DNA of 38,509 nt from Candidatus Sungiibacteriota bacterium (GTDB taxonomy: Bacteria; Patescibacteriota; Minisyncoccia; Sungbacterales; HO2-52-23). The position numbers and the translations under genes were made by a program. The stretch's first letter is position 1. Each line of letters begins with the position of its first letter. The notes under the pieces are model-generated. The model did not search any database, was not told the origin of the DNA, and worked only from the letters and a program-made list of their open reading frames with translations. Shown piece by piece: positions 10,078 through 21,693 of this stretch. The DNA lies in assembly GCA_016181585.1 (NCBI GenBank), contig JACOYX010000018.1:1-38509 (forward strand), in the 5' to 3' direction.

Positions 10078-10080
10078 AGT

Positions 10081-10117
10081 AATAAAAATACCTCCGACTT
10101 AAGGAGGTATTTTTATT
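10081..10117. terminator. Bidirectional terminator between holA and rpsT
   Basis: aataaaaatacctcc-N7-ggaggtatttttatt. Confidence 0.8.
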
Positions 10118-10119
10118 GT

Positions 10120-10383
10120 TTATTTTTTGGGCTGAATAAGTTTGGTAAGGCGCGATTTCAAACGGCTTGCTTTGTTGGGTTTGATGACATGAGTTTTGGC
10201 CGCCTTGTCCAATGCTTTATATAGTGCGGAAAGTTTCGCCGCGGCTTCCGACCCACTACCTGCTTCGACGAGCGTGCGCACGATTTTAACCGCCTCTTTA
10301 TAGGCATCTTTTCTTTTAATGTTTTGTGCGCGGCGCCGGACCGACTGGCGCAGAGCTTTTTTCGCTGATTTGGTAATAGGCAT
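10120..10383 (-). CDS. rpsT: 30S ribosomal protein S20
   Basis: MPITKSAKKALRQ...LDKAAK..VIKPNKASRLKSRL. Confidence 0.97.
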   Translation of the reverse strand: MPITKSAKKALRQSVRRRAQNIKRKDAYKEAVKIVRTLVEAGSGSEAAAKLSALYKALDKAAKTHVIKPNKASRLKSRLTKLIQPKK

Positions 10384-10426
10384 AGTTTTTTAAGTGTAGC
10401 TTAATTTAATAAAAAAGTCAAAAATA

Positions 10427-10457
10427 AAACCCATTCTGATATTCAGGAATGGGTTTT
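10427..10457 (-). terminator. Rho-independent terminator after pyrB
   Basis: aaacccattctga-ta-ttcaggaatgggttt hairpin. Confidence 0.7.
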
Positions 10458-10459
10458 GG

Positions 10460-11674
10460 TTATTTCGCGATATAAAACTGCGGATGACAGCGGTCACACA
10501 CGGTTTTTGCTTTTATGAGATGTTTTTTCACTTCAGGGTCCATATCTACCCAGTTGGTATGAACCCGAACGCGGGGGCAGGAAGGTTCAGGGCATACCGC
10601 ATTAATGAGTTGTGCCGGTAGTTCGATCGGTCTCGAGAAATATCCCGATACCCAAACGGATTGCTGTTCCGCGAGGATTGTTCGTATGTCGAGCGTTGGC
10701 ACGAAAATCAGTTTTAGAAGCGCCATGCGCACAAAAAAACCATTGTCCGCTTGTTCATAGTGGATAAACCGCGAATCCATTAAATCAATTTTTTCCGGAT
10801 ATTCTTGATTTGCGGGGAGCGGATGCAGAAACCAGGAATCAGTTCTTGCGTATTTGCGAATACTCGCGCCGTACACTCTGATGTAGTGTTCGATTTGTTT
10901 TTTGCTTAACCTTTTTCCTTTTCGGAGGTTGTCCTGAATGCGTGTTATGTACCAATAATCCACCAAGGCGGCGATGTCTCGCGGGTTTATGATTTTTTCA
11001 ACAGAGATTTTATTGGTGTCTATTTCAGAAAAAACCCAATCAGGAACATTTTCTTCCTCTGGTCCCACGAGGAAAACTTTGCCGCCAAATTGCGAAAGCC
11101 CGATAAGATTCGAATGAATGGTGCGGCTATGTGACAGATCGCCGACCAGCGCCAGCGTAAGTTCTCCGTTCATGAATCGCAGTTTGTCCCGTCTCCAGAT
11201 GGTGTAAGGATCGACCAGAGCTTGTGTTGAATGTTGTCTACTGCCACTTCCGCCATCAATAACAACAGTTGCAAGTCCGTATTCCTCAGCCGCTTCTGCC
11301 ATTTTTTTTGCGGCATAGTCGTCTTTGTCATCGCGGATGATGATGCAATCACAGCGCGGGCCGTGTATGCGGAGCGTGCTTCGGTGGGTTTCCCCTTTGG
11401 CGGCAGATGAAAATTCAAGCGGGTTTGTTTTTACTTCTCCGCCCATTGTTTCTATCGCGTCTTCAAACGAGCCGATGGTGCGCGTGCTTGCGCCGGAGTA
11501 GAGAATTCTAAATCGAAACGCTTCGCCGTTTGCTTTTTTAAGAAGATACATGAGCGATAAGCGTTTTACAGGATCGTTGTATATTGCCCGCAACTCTTCT
11601 GCGGTTCGGAAAATTTCCAAAAAATCTAGAAAGCCGAAATCTTTGGCGCTGGTGATATGGCGAAGTTCTGCCAT
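10460..11674 (-). CDS. pyrB: Aspartate carbamoyltransferase (divergent) with C-terminal PyrI-like Zn-binding extension
   Basis: STRT, KGE, HSTQALVD, GDLSHSRTIHS, YITRIQ, LHPLP, QADNG..VRMALL; tail CPEPSC...CDRC. Confidence 0.88.
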   Translation of the reverse strand: MAELRHITSAKDFGFLDFLEIFRTAEELRAIYNDPVKRLSLMYLLKKANGEAFRFRILYSGASTRTIGSFEDAIETMGGEVKTNPLEFSSAAKGETHRSTLRIHGPRCDCIIIRDDKDDYAAKKMAEAAEEYGLATVVIDGGSGSRQHSTQALVDPYTIWRRDKLRFMNGELTLALVGDLSHSRTIHSNLIGLSQFGGKVFLVGPEEENVPDWVFSEIDTNKISVEKIINPRDIAALVDYWYITRIQDNLRKGKRLSKKQIEHYIRVYGASIRKYARTDSWFLHPLPANQEYPEKIDLMDSRFIHYEQADNGFFVRMALLKLIFVPTLDIRTILAEQQSVWVSGYFSRPIELPAQLINAVCPEPSCPRVRVHTNWVDMDPEVKKHLIKAKTVCDRCHPQFYIAK

Positions 11675-11711
11675 TGTGCCTCCTTTTCTTGTGGTAAGAG
11701 CCTCACGAGTT

Positions 11712-13667
<1,956 letters not shown>

Positions 13668-13725
13668 TTTATTTTAAACATGCTTAACCACACGCAGTTT
13701 TTTTATGTGTACACTGGGGTTATAT

Positions 13726-13977
13726 ATGTCTAGTGTGGAAAAGAAATACCGATTGCAAGTGGATTTTGGCGAGGAACCATATATAGAGCTATGTGTTTTG
13801 GAGAAGCAATCAGGTAATACTTCAAAGGCGGATGTCATAAGCGATGCGCTGGGTGTTTATAAATGGGCGCTAAAAGAAGTGCGTGCGGGTAGTAGGATTC
13901 TTATAGAAAGAAAAAAAGATGATGGACAAAAGGAAACAGAAGAAGTAGAGTTTCCTTTTATAAAATCAAAACTCTAG
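13726..13977 (+). CDS. Small hypothetical protein, possibly a ribbon-helix-helix DNA-binding protein
   Basis: RLQVDF strand followed by helices with SKADVISDAL; upstream -10-like TACACT; terminator downstream. Confidence 0.55.
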   Translation: MSSVEKKYRLQVDFGEEPYIELCVLEKQSGNTSKADVISDALGVYKWALKEVRAGSRILIERKKDDGQKETEEVEFPFIKSKL

Positions 13978-14033
13978 AATTTGCCGAGTTATCTCGGCTT
14001 TTTATTTTTTTAAAAAACCGGTACGATAAATGT

Positions 14034-14615
14034 ATGATTGCATCACTCGAAGGAATAGTTGAATTAAAAGGCGAAAAATTTCTTGTTTTAAACGTTTCCG
14101 GTGTCGGCTACAAAGTTTTTGCCAATATTGATACGCTTCAAAAAATACCAGAAAAAGGAGTAAAAGTCAAATTATGGACACATCAGCATGTGCGGGAAGA
14201 TGCGATATCGCTCTACGGATTTTTATATTTTGCAGAGCTTGATTTATTCGAAACACTCATCGGAATTTCTGGTATTGGACCAAAAGGGGCGCTGGGTGTT
14301 TTGGGAGTAGCGCCGGTGGATACTTTAAAAAAAGCGATTGCCGCAGGCGATACGTCGTATTTGACGCGTGTTTCGGGAATAGGAAAAAAAATGGCGGAAA
14401 AAATTGTTTTGGAGCTTCGCGAGAAAATGGCTGGGCGCGGCATTTCGGTGGATGCGCCGGAACTGCAGTCGGAAGCCGATGCGCTTGAGGCGCTGGTAGC
14501 GCTTGGGTATACACAGCGCGATGCGAGGGAGGCTTTAAATATGGTTTCGGGAGAGATTACAGAAGTGGGGGAACGCGTGAGACAGGCGTTGAAGAAATTG
14601 GGGAAATCGAGGTGA
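14034..14615 (+). CDS. ruvA: Holliday junction branch migration protein RuvA
   Basis: GVGY, VREDA..LYGF, ISGIGPK, VSGIGKK.AEKI, ALVALGY. Confidence 0.97.
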   Translation: MIASLEGIVELKGEKFLVLNVSGVGYKVFANIDTLQKIPEKGVKVKLWTHQHVREDAISLYGFLYFAELDLFETLIGISGIGPKGALGVLGVAPVDTLKKAIAAGDTSYLTRVSGIGKKMAEKIVLELREKMAGRGISVDAPELQSEADALEALVALGYTQRDAREALNMVSGEITEVGERVRQALKKLGKSR

Positions 14616-14638
14616 TGGAATAATTATAAAAATTGAGA

Positions 14639-15535
14639 ATGACTTATTCATTTCTACAATCCCTCGAATGGGAGAATATACAAAAAAAACTGGGGAGAAA
14701 AACATGGAGAGTTGGCGGGTGTTTAATTATTGAACATTGTCTTCCATTCGGTTTTAAATATCTCTACGCTCCGCGCCCTGATATTGCGGACGAGGACAAG
14801 TTTTTTTATTCGGCGGCAGAGATAGCGGGAAAAGGAGGGCATGTTTTTTTAAAAATAGATCCGGTGAGTCCGGTGGTTTTTAAAAATAAAATAGCGGCGC
14901 ATTCTTTTCAACCGCGCGATACGATTATATGCGATCTTCAAAAAAGCGAACCGGAACTTCTTGCGGCCATGCATGAAAAAACGCGCTACAACATCCATCT
15001 GGCGGAAAGAAAAGGGGTACACATCAAGAATCATGAATCAAGAATCATGAATCAAGGGGAAGCGCAAGAAATATTTTGTAATTTACTAAACGAAACGGCA
15101 AAGCGAGACAGGTTTCATCTTCATCCGCCGCGTTACTACAAAGTTCTTTTAGAGATACGTTCCGAATGTTTCTCTAATGAACTTTTTTTTGCGGAGTATC
15201 AAAATAGGCCTATTGCCGCAGCGCTTATCAATTTCTATCGAAGTGAGACTTCAATAGATGGTGGTACGGCGACTTATCTTCACGGCGCCTCAAGCTCGGA
15301 ACAGCGAAACCTTATGGCACCTCACCTTCTGCACTGGGAGGTTATGCGAAGAGCAAAACAGATGGGGTTTTTGCAATATGACTTCTGGGGCGTGGACGAG
15401 AAGCGCTGGCCGGGGGTTACGCGGTTTAAGCGCGGGTTTGGCGGCAAGGAAATGATATATCCCGATTCTTTTGATATTATATATAGAAAGAGGTACTATA
15501 CACTCTATTCTTTGGCCCGCGCATATAGGAAGTAA
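14639..15535 (+). CDS. FemABX-family peptidoglycan bridge formation aminoacyltransferase
   Basis: FLQS.EW, KTRYNI..A..KGV, ATYLHGAS, YDFWG, GVTRFKRGFGG. Confidence 0.9.
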   Translation: MTYSFLQSLEWENIQKKLGRKTWRVGGCLIIEHCLPFGFKYLYAPRPDIADEDKFFYSAAEIAGKGGHVFLKIDPVSPVVFKNKIAAHSFQPRDTIICDLQKSEPELLAAMHEKTRYNIHLAERKGVHIKNHESRIMNQGEAQEIFCNLLNETAKRDRFHLHPPRYYKVLLEIRSECFSNELFFAEYQNRPIAAALINFYRSETSIDGGTATYLHGASSSEQRNLMAPHLLHWEVMRRAKQMGFLQYDFWGVDEKRWPGVTRFKRGFGGKEMIYPDSFDIIYRKRYYTLYSLARAYRK

Positions 15536-15540
15536 CGGTC

Positions 15541-16830
15541 ATGGCTATAATCATAAAAAAAGTAATTCCTCTTTTTCTTTTTTCTGCGCTTCAACCGGCG
15601 TATCATTTTCTGCTCGCGTTTTTTTCAACGCTTTGGTACGGTTTTCCTTCGCGAAATCTGGTAGTAATCGGTGTGACCGGCACCAAAGGCAAAACCTCGG
15701 TTGTGGAACTTTTGCATGCTGTTTTTTCCGAAGCGGGGTATGCGACTGCATCGCAGTCTTCCTATGCTTTTCGCATTAAGGATAGCGAAACCAAAAATGA
15801 CAAAAAAATGACTATGCCGGGGCGTTTTTTTGTGCAAAAGTTTTTGCGCGATGCGAAAAAAGCGAAGTGCCGGTTTGTGATTTTGGAAGTCACTTCGGAG
15901 GGAATCAGGCAGTATCGGCATCGCTTTATTAATTTTCACGCGGCTGTTGTGACCAACATTGCGCCGGAGCATATCGAGTCGCATGGAGGGTTTGAGCCCT
16001 ATGTCCGCGCTAAGCTCGATCTTTTTATGCGCCTGCCTCATGATGGTTTTGCAGTCATAAATGCGGACGATAATGAGTGTCCTCGATTTTTAGCGGCTAC
16101 CAGCGCAAAAAAAGTTTTTTACGGGAAAGAAAAAGTAGAGTTTTCCGGAAAAAAAACTTTGGTGAAAGACATCGAGGCGGGCGAAAAAGGGATCGAGTTT
16201 TCAATAGACGGCAAAGCAGTGACATCTCCGCTGAAAGGGGAATTCAATGCATATAATTTGCTTGCGGCATATACTGCGGCCGCGGTTTTTCATGTATCTC
16301 CTGAAAAAATTATTTCCGCATTCGAAAAATTTAAAGGAGTTCCGGGAAGGATGGAGTATGTATTACACGATCCTTTTCATGTGGTGGTGGATTACGCGCA
16401 TACGCCGGATTCGCTTAAAAGCGTGTATTCATTTTTAAATTCGCAGAAAAAAGGAAAAATGATTTGCGTGCTTGGATCCGCAGGAGGCGGACGCGACAAA
16501 TGGAAGCGTCCCGAGTTCGGAAAAATTGCCGGGGAATTTTGCGATGAAATTATATTAACCAACGAAGACTCCTACGATGAAGATTCTCAAAAAATTCTCG
16601 AGGAGATTGCGGCGGGATTACCCGCAACGCGAATCATGAAGTATAAAAACATACTTGATCGCCGCGGAGCGATTCATGACGCCCTAATGTTAGCAAAACC
16701 CGGCGATACGGTAGTTATAACCGGCAAAGGATCGGAGCCGTGGATCATGGGTTCCAATGGCGCTAAAACCCCATGGGACGATCGGGAAGCGGTGAGGGAA
16801 GAATCCCAAAAAATTGACGTGAAAAAATAA
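15541..16830 (+). CDS. murE: UDP-N-acetylmuramyl-tripeptide synthetase MurE
   Basis: GVTGTKGKT, LEVTS, TNIAPEH, PGRME, DYAHTPD, GKGSE. Confidence 0.93.
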   Translation: MAIIIKKVIPLFLFSALQPAYHFLLAFFSTLWYGFPSRNLVVIGVTGTKGKTSVVELLHAVFSEAGYATASQSSYAFRIKDSETKNDKKMTMPGRFFVQKFLRDAKKAKCRFVILEVTSEGIRQYRHRFINFHAAVVTNIAPEHIESHGGFEPYVRAKLDLFMRLPHDGFAVINADDNECPRFLAATSAKKVFYGKEKVEFSGKKTLVKDIEAGEKGIEFSIDGKAVTSPLKGEFNAYNLLAAYTAAAVFHVSPEKIISAFEKFKGVPGRMEYVLHDPFHVVVDYAHTPDSLKSVYSFLNSQKKGKMICVLGSAGGGRDKWKRPEFGKIAGEFCDEIILTNEDSYDEDSQKILEEIAAGLPATRIMKYKNILDRRGAIHDALMLAKPGDTVVITGKGSEPWIMGSNGAKTPWDDREAVREESQKIDVKK

Positions 16831-16872
16831 AAAACCTACTCTAGCGGTAGGTCTTTATATGGGAGGCAACTA

Positions 16873-17607
16873 ATGTTGCTTAAATCATTTGAGGGAAATT
16901 TGGAAGCTGTACGGGAAATGGCGAAGCATCAAATGGGAACGATTAATCCTTCGGAATTGGGAAGATCGATGACGCAATCATTTATTGTGGAATTTCGGGC
17001 GGCACTTCACGGCCAGCCCATACATCGTGGTGTATTTCCGGAGTCAAAAGAAGTGGAGCTCGTCCATGTAGGTAAATTGCTTCGAAATAAAAATGTTCTT
17101 ACCTTTGTTCCCTACGATGAATTGCGCAAGGATGCGGCGGAACGAATATGTAAACTTGGGACATTTTTAAGGAAATGGCTCAAAAGTGAGCATTCAAATT
17201 TTTTGGGCGCATTTACATGGGGTACGGTTTTTTATAAGTCACGTCTCCATTTTGGCCCCGCATTTTTGCCGTGTTACGACATGTTGGTGCATCTCGGAAT
17301 AGATATTCTTGGGCGGTTAATGAAAAAAGATAAAATGCTCAAACGCATTTCCCTCGAAAAATGCGAAGAAGCCTTTTGTTTATATATACACGATGCGATT
17401 GCTTCGGGATGCGGAATCGAAATTGAATGGCTAGGAGTTATTAAACCCGATTTTTCTCTTGAGATTGATGCGCGGTTTGAGGAAGAATTGAAGATTTTAC
17501 ATAATCCGCCGCCCGTAGCGAAGGATCCCGACTTCTTTTTTTCTGATCTCAAAACAGGATCACTTCCGCGGTTTTCACACGGAGGACTGGTAACAAAGAA
17601 ACATTAA
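16873..17607 (+). CDS. Hypothetical protein
   Basis: 244-aa ORF with GGAGG RBS and a downstream terminator; no recognised family. Confidence 0.7.
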   Translation: MLLKSFEGNLEAVREMAKHQMGTINPSELGRSMTQSFIVEFRAALHGQPIHRGVFPESKEVELVHVGKLLRNKNVLTFVPYDELRKDAAERICKLGTFLRKWLKSEHSNFLGAFTWGTVFYKSRLHFGPAFLPCYDMLVHLGIDILGRLMKKDKMLKRISLEKCEEAFCLYIHDAIASGCGIEIEWLGVIKPDFSLEIDARFEEELKILHNPPPVAKDPDFFFSDLKTGSLPRFSHGGLVTKKH

Positions 17608-17737
17608 AAAACACACGCGGGCCCCCGCGTGTTTTATTGTTGTGTTATTTGTAGCATATCTGTTGACGCCTCTTTGTATCTAAGGTATGGATGAAGCAGA
17701 TAGTGCATCTTTGACAATTGAATAAAAGGGAGATTTT

Positions 17738-20044
17738 ATGCACCAAAAAGAATTTTCACTGATGCTACACAGGATCATGGCGCGGACACGCGCTACTACT
17801 GAAATGCTGATTTTGCATCGCTCCGATATATTTGGGGCGTTTCTTACCGGGCTCGGACAAGAAGCCGTGGCCGCAGGCATTATGGGTGCATTGCTCGACA
17901 TGGGCATTGCCATGCAGTCGCTGAAAAACGGAGATCATCGAAACCAGTGGGCGCTTGCCGCGGGGCTGGATGAAATTACCAGAGTCTCGGGGCATAACCA
18001 CATGCTCGAGATTATGAAAAACCACTTGTGTAAGGCGACGAGCGCAAACAAAGGGTTAGATGGAAATATTCATTGGGGCTGTCTTGATTGCATGCTTTTG
18101 CCGTTCCTCTGTTCAGATATGGGGCGCTTGCCGCCGGTTATTTGCGGTATGGCGGAAGAAATTGCGCGGCGCGATACATGGCGCACAATGCCTGTGCGTG
18201 ACCGCCCGGTGGGTGTAGTATTTTTCGGAGAAGGTGCGGATTCGCAGGGTGTAGTGCATGAGACCAATGTCATGACTGCCGCTTCGAACTGCAAAAGAAG
18301 TGAAAAGGAAACTGCGCCATATTTGAAATATGGCGATCCACTGCTTCCGGTGTCGGGAGTGCTTCGCGGAACGCCGCTTGTCGAAATTGTGATGGTAAAT
18401 GAGCATTCTATTTATACCGATCCCGCGGATGAACATGGGCATTCAGACTTAGCCGCTAGAGCAAAGGGGTACGGCAATATGGCAGGCATCAACGTTGGTG
18501 GTGATGACGTGGAGGCGATATGTTCCGCGGGGCGTAGTGCGGTGTATTCGGCGCAAGAATTTGTGGCAACCCGCATGGTGGTGCATACCTATCGCCGCAC
18601 AGGTCACAACGAAGATATGATTCGCCGAAATCCCACTGTGCTTGAGGAGGCGCGTGAAGCGTTTCGCAAAGGCAATTGGGGACATGCGATTGACTGGGCG
18701 GATGGGAAGATTGAAGGAGTTGACCCCGAAATTTTTAGAGAAAAATGGAAACGTGAACCATTGCGCCTGCATCGCAAAAAATTAATCAGCGCCGGACTTG
18801 CTAGCGAGAAGGAACTTGATGAAATTATCTGTAGTGCGCGGGAAGAGGCGTGGGAACTTTATACAAAAGCAAAAGCGGAGCCCGATGTTACGCCGGAAGA
18901 TCATAAAAACCATACTTCTGTTTTGATGCCGTTTCCGCAGTGGACTTTGTCCGAAGAAAAGCCGAGGGTAGCTACCAAACATAAGCGGCTTGGATATAAC
19001 GATGCATATATAGAAATTTTAAGGGAGGTGCTTGAAAAGGACTGGCGGGTTACATTTTTTGGGCAAGATGTGCGTACGGGAGGCGTGCTGGTGCCTACAC
19101 GCAAACTCGCGGAACAATTTGGGCCACTGCGCGTATTTAATACGCCAATCACCGAGGAAGCCACGCATTCAAATGCCGCGGGTCGCTCGCTTGTGGGCGG
19201 TCGGCCGATTGTAGAGGTACAACAATTTGCCCCATTTTCCGCCGATGCGTTTGCTTCCATGCTCACAGTGGTTGCAAATAACTTCTACCAGAAAAACTTG
19301 AGGTTTCCGTTTATCAATATTTTCCATTGCGGTGTGGTACGCGACGGCGGCTCGGGGGAATATCATGAAATGATGCCAGAAGCCTTTATCACCGCGATGC
19401 AGGGTATCGTGGTAGTGGCGCCGGCGGATGCATATGATCTTATCGGTCTTATGCGCGCGGCGCATGAGTACGAAGGACCGGTGGCGGTGATTTTGCAGAT
19501 TCATGCGGCAAATAAAGATGAATTTGCATCAGATATTCCGGCGGAAAGCTATTGCATTCCTCTTGGGAAAGCAAAAGTAAAACGCGAGGGAAGCGATTTC
19601 ACTGTCATTGCATATGGCGCTTCCTGTGTCAGGACAGCGCTAAACGAAGCGGAAGAGCTGGCCAAAGAAAATATAAGTGTTGAAGTAATCGATATGCGCA
19701 CTGTCTGGCCGTTTGATCTCGATACCCTGCGGAGATCTATTAAAAAAACACGGAGGTTCACCGTATTTCAAGAAGACCGCGAATCGCGCGGAGTGGGGAA
19801 CACGCTTGTTTCCGCGCTTTTAAAGGGGAAGGACAGTGTACTTACTTATCTCAACATGGAATCGGTCGAGGTATTGGGCGCGCTTGACGTCCCTGCACCG
19901 ACCGCTCGTGCGCTTGTCTGGCATCGTTTGCCGTACGAGGTGGTCAATGTAGAAAAACTCGATCATAAAAACCGGCCGATCTGGAAACCCATTCATCGCT
20001 CGCCAAAGCTTGCGCGAATGATTAAGGTTTCGTGCGGCGCATAA
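17738..20044 (+). CDS. Fused E1 alpha/beta 2-oxoacid dehydrogenase (TPP-dependent), divergent
   Basis: GQEA; FFGEGA...HE; TYRRTGHNE.D; beta part GQDV..GG, FNTPITE, IPLGKA..KREGSD.TVIAYG, EVIDMRTVWPFD. Confidence 0.9.
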   Translation: MHQKEFSLMLHRIMARTRATTEMLILHRSDIFGAFLTGLGQEAVAAGIMGALLDMGIAMQSLKNGDHRNQWALAAGLDEITRVSGHNHMLEIMKNHLCKATSANKGLDGNIHWGCLDCMLLPFLCSDMGRLPPVICGMAEEIARRDTWRTMPVRDRPVGVVFFGEGADSQGVVHETNVMTAASNCKRSEKETAPYLKYGDPLLPVSGVLRGTPLVEIVMVNEHSIYTDPADEHGHSDLAARAKGYGNMAGINVGGDDVEAICSAGRSAVYSAQEFVATRMVVHTYRRTGHNEDMIRRNPTVLEEAREAFRKGNWGHAIDWADGKIEGVDPEIFREKWKREPLRLHRKKLISAGLASEKELDEIICSAREEAWELYTKAKAEPDVTPEDHKNHTSVLMPFPQWTLSEEKPRVATKHKRLGYNDAYIEILREVLEKDWRVTFFGQDVRTGGVLVPTRKLAEQFGPLRVFNTPITEEATHSNAAGRSLVGGRPIVEVQQFAPFSADAFASMLTVVANNFYQKNLRFPFINIFHCGVVRDGGSGEYHEMMPEAFITAMQGIVVVAPADAYDLIGLMRAAHEYEGPVAVILQIHAANKDEFASDIPAESYCIPLGKAKVKREGSDFTVIAYGASCVRTALNEAEELAKENISVEVIDMRTVWPFDLDTLRRSIKKTRRFTVFQEDRESRGVGNTLVSALLKGKDSVLTYLNMESVEVLGALDVPAPTARALVWHRLPYEVVNVEKLDHKNRPIWKPIHRSPKLARMIKVSCGA

Positions 20045-20109
20045 CAATAAAAAGCTTAGCTTACTCGCTCGAGGCTAAGCTTTTTTAAACCAAAGAAGAG
20101 GAGATACCG

Positions 20110-21690
20110 ATGACCATAAAATTCGGGTTTTTTGTTTCGGCAGGCGGATCAGGGGAATACGGAGGACTAACGGAAGCAGAAATAAAAGAGTGGTATGTGA
20201 AGCCGGGAGATGCGGTGAAAAAGGGAAGTCTTTTGTGCGCTGTGGAATCGGATAAAGCATCGTTCGATGTTGAAGCAATATGCGACGGGATTATAAAGAC
20301 ACTCAATTATGAGGCGGGCGAGAAATGGCAGAGGGGACCGGAAGAGGAGACGCCCTATGGTGCGCTGTTATTGCCGGAACTTGGCACTTTCGACCCGCTA
20401 GAGGAAAATGCCAAAAATATGAACGTATTGCCGCTAAGTGCAACGACGAAGCCAATAGAAAAAGAAGCAAGAAAACCATTGATTACCGCGCTCGCGAGGA
20501 GAAAAATAGACGAACATAATATATCGTTCGATGAATTGAAAAAAGTTTTTCCAGAAAAAGACAGGATTGAGGCGGAGGACGTCGATCGGTATATGGAATT
20601 ATGCGGGAAACTGCAAGAATTGGCAGAACAACTTTCGGGACAAACCACAGAAGCAAAATCGGAACAAATGAAAAAAAAGAGTGAGCCGACTGAAGAAGAA
20701 TTAATGGCGGCGGAAGAACGTATGCGAGAACGCATAAATGTGCATGTTCAAAAAACACTCGCACGCGCAGTGCCGGCAGCACGCAAGCGTGCGGAAGAGC
20801 TCGGTGTTTGGCTTGGTGATGTTGTGGGAACGGGAAGTGACGGGTTGATTACCGTACAGGATGTGGAAAATAAAGCCGCGGAGCAAGAAAAGGGGATACC
20901 ATCCTTGCCGACGAATGCGCCAATGTCGCGGCTTATTCATCCATCGTTTGAAAATGCGGAACTTATTGAAACACCGACGCCTTTGCGAAAAGCGATTGCA
21001 CGGAATCTTAAGCTCTCGAAAGATAACATTCCGCACGCCGGAGATGAGGTAGTAGTGGATATGACGAGGTTGGTGCAAAAACACAATGCGATAAAAAAGA
21101 TTTGGGAGAAAGCGTTTACTGCCGAACTCAAATATGACCACTATATCATGTATTTTGTGGCACAAAATATTTTACGTCCGGAATTCAAAATTCTCAACGC
21201 CTACTGGGATATTAATGATCCGGCAAATCCAAAAATCGTCTGCATACCTCATGTGAATTTAGGCATTGCGGTAAAGACCTCCGACGGACTCATTGTGCCG
21301 GTGGTGCAAGAGGCCGAGAAATTGGGATTTCCGGAGCTTGCGCGGAAAGTAAACGAGCAGGTGAAAAAAACGATTGAACGCAAACTTATGCCTGCGGATT
21401 ATCATAATCTTTCAGTGACTGTAAATCGCGCGGCATATTTCGATGCAACATTTGGTGAAATAATCGGCGGCGAACGCCCCGAACCGATTATTCCCTATAC
21501 CACAGGGATAAATGGAGAACGCTCGACTACGCTGATTCTTGCGTTCGGAAAAATGCAGGAGCAAAACGGAAAACATCTTTTGAGGATTGTGTTTCGGTTT
21601 GACCACCGCATCGTGGACATAAGCCCCCCGCTTCCTTTTGTGTGGAAGTTGAAACAGTTTCTTGAAAAAGATATTTTTGAACTTTTTTAA
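20110..21690 (+). CDS. 2-oxoacid dehydrogenase E2 (dihydrolipoamide acyltransferase), divergent
   Basis: Lipoyl domain W.VKPGD.V...ESDKA; E3-binding motif PAARK.A.ELG..L..V.GTG.DGLIT..DV; NLGIAV.T.DGLIVPVV; FDHRIVD. Confidence 0.9.
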   Translation: MTIKFGFFVSAGGSGEYGGLTEAEIKEWYVKPGDAVKKGSLLCAVESDKASFDVEAICDGIIKTLNYEAGEKWQRGPEEETPYGALLLPELGTFDPLEENAKNMNVLPLSATTKPIEKEARKPLITALARRKIDEHNISFDELKKVFPEKDRIEAEDVDRYMELCGKLQELAEQLSGQTTEAKSEQMKKKSEPTEEELMAAEERMRERINVHVQKTLARAVPAARKRAEELGVWLGDVVGTGSDGLITVQDVENKAAEQEKGIPSLPTNAPMSRLIHPSFENAELIETPTPLRKAIARNLKLSKDNIPHAGDEVVVDMTRLVQKHNAIKKIWEKAFTAELKYDHYIMYFVAQNILRPEFKILNAYWDINDPANPKIVCIPHVNLGIAVKTSDGLIVPVVQEAEKLGFPELARKVNEQVKKTIERKLMPADYHNLSVTVNRAAYFDATFGEIIGGERPEPIIPYTTGINGERSTTLILAFGKMQEQNGKHLLRIVFRFDHRIVDISPPLPFVWKLKQFLEKDIFELF

Positions 21691-21693
21691 CAA

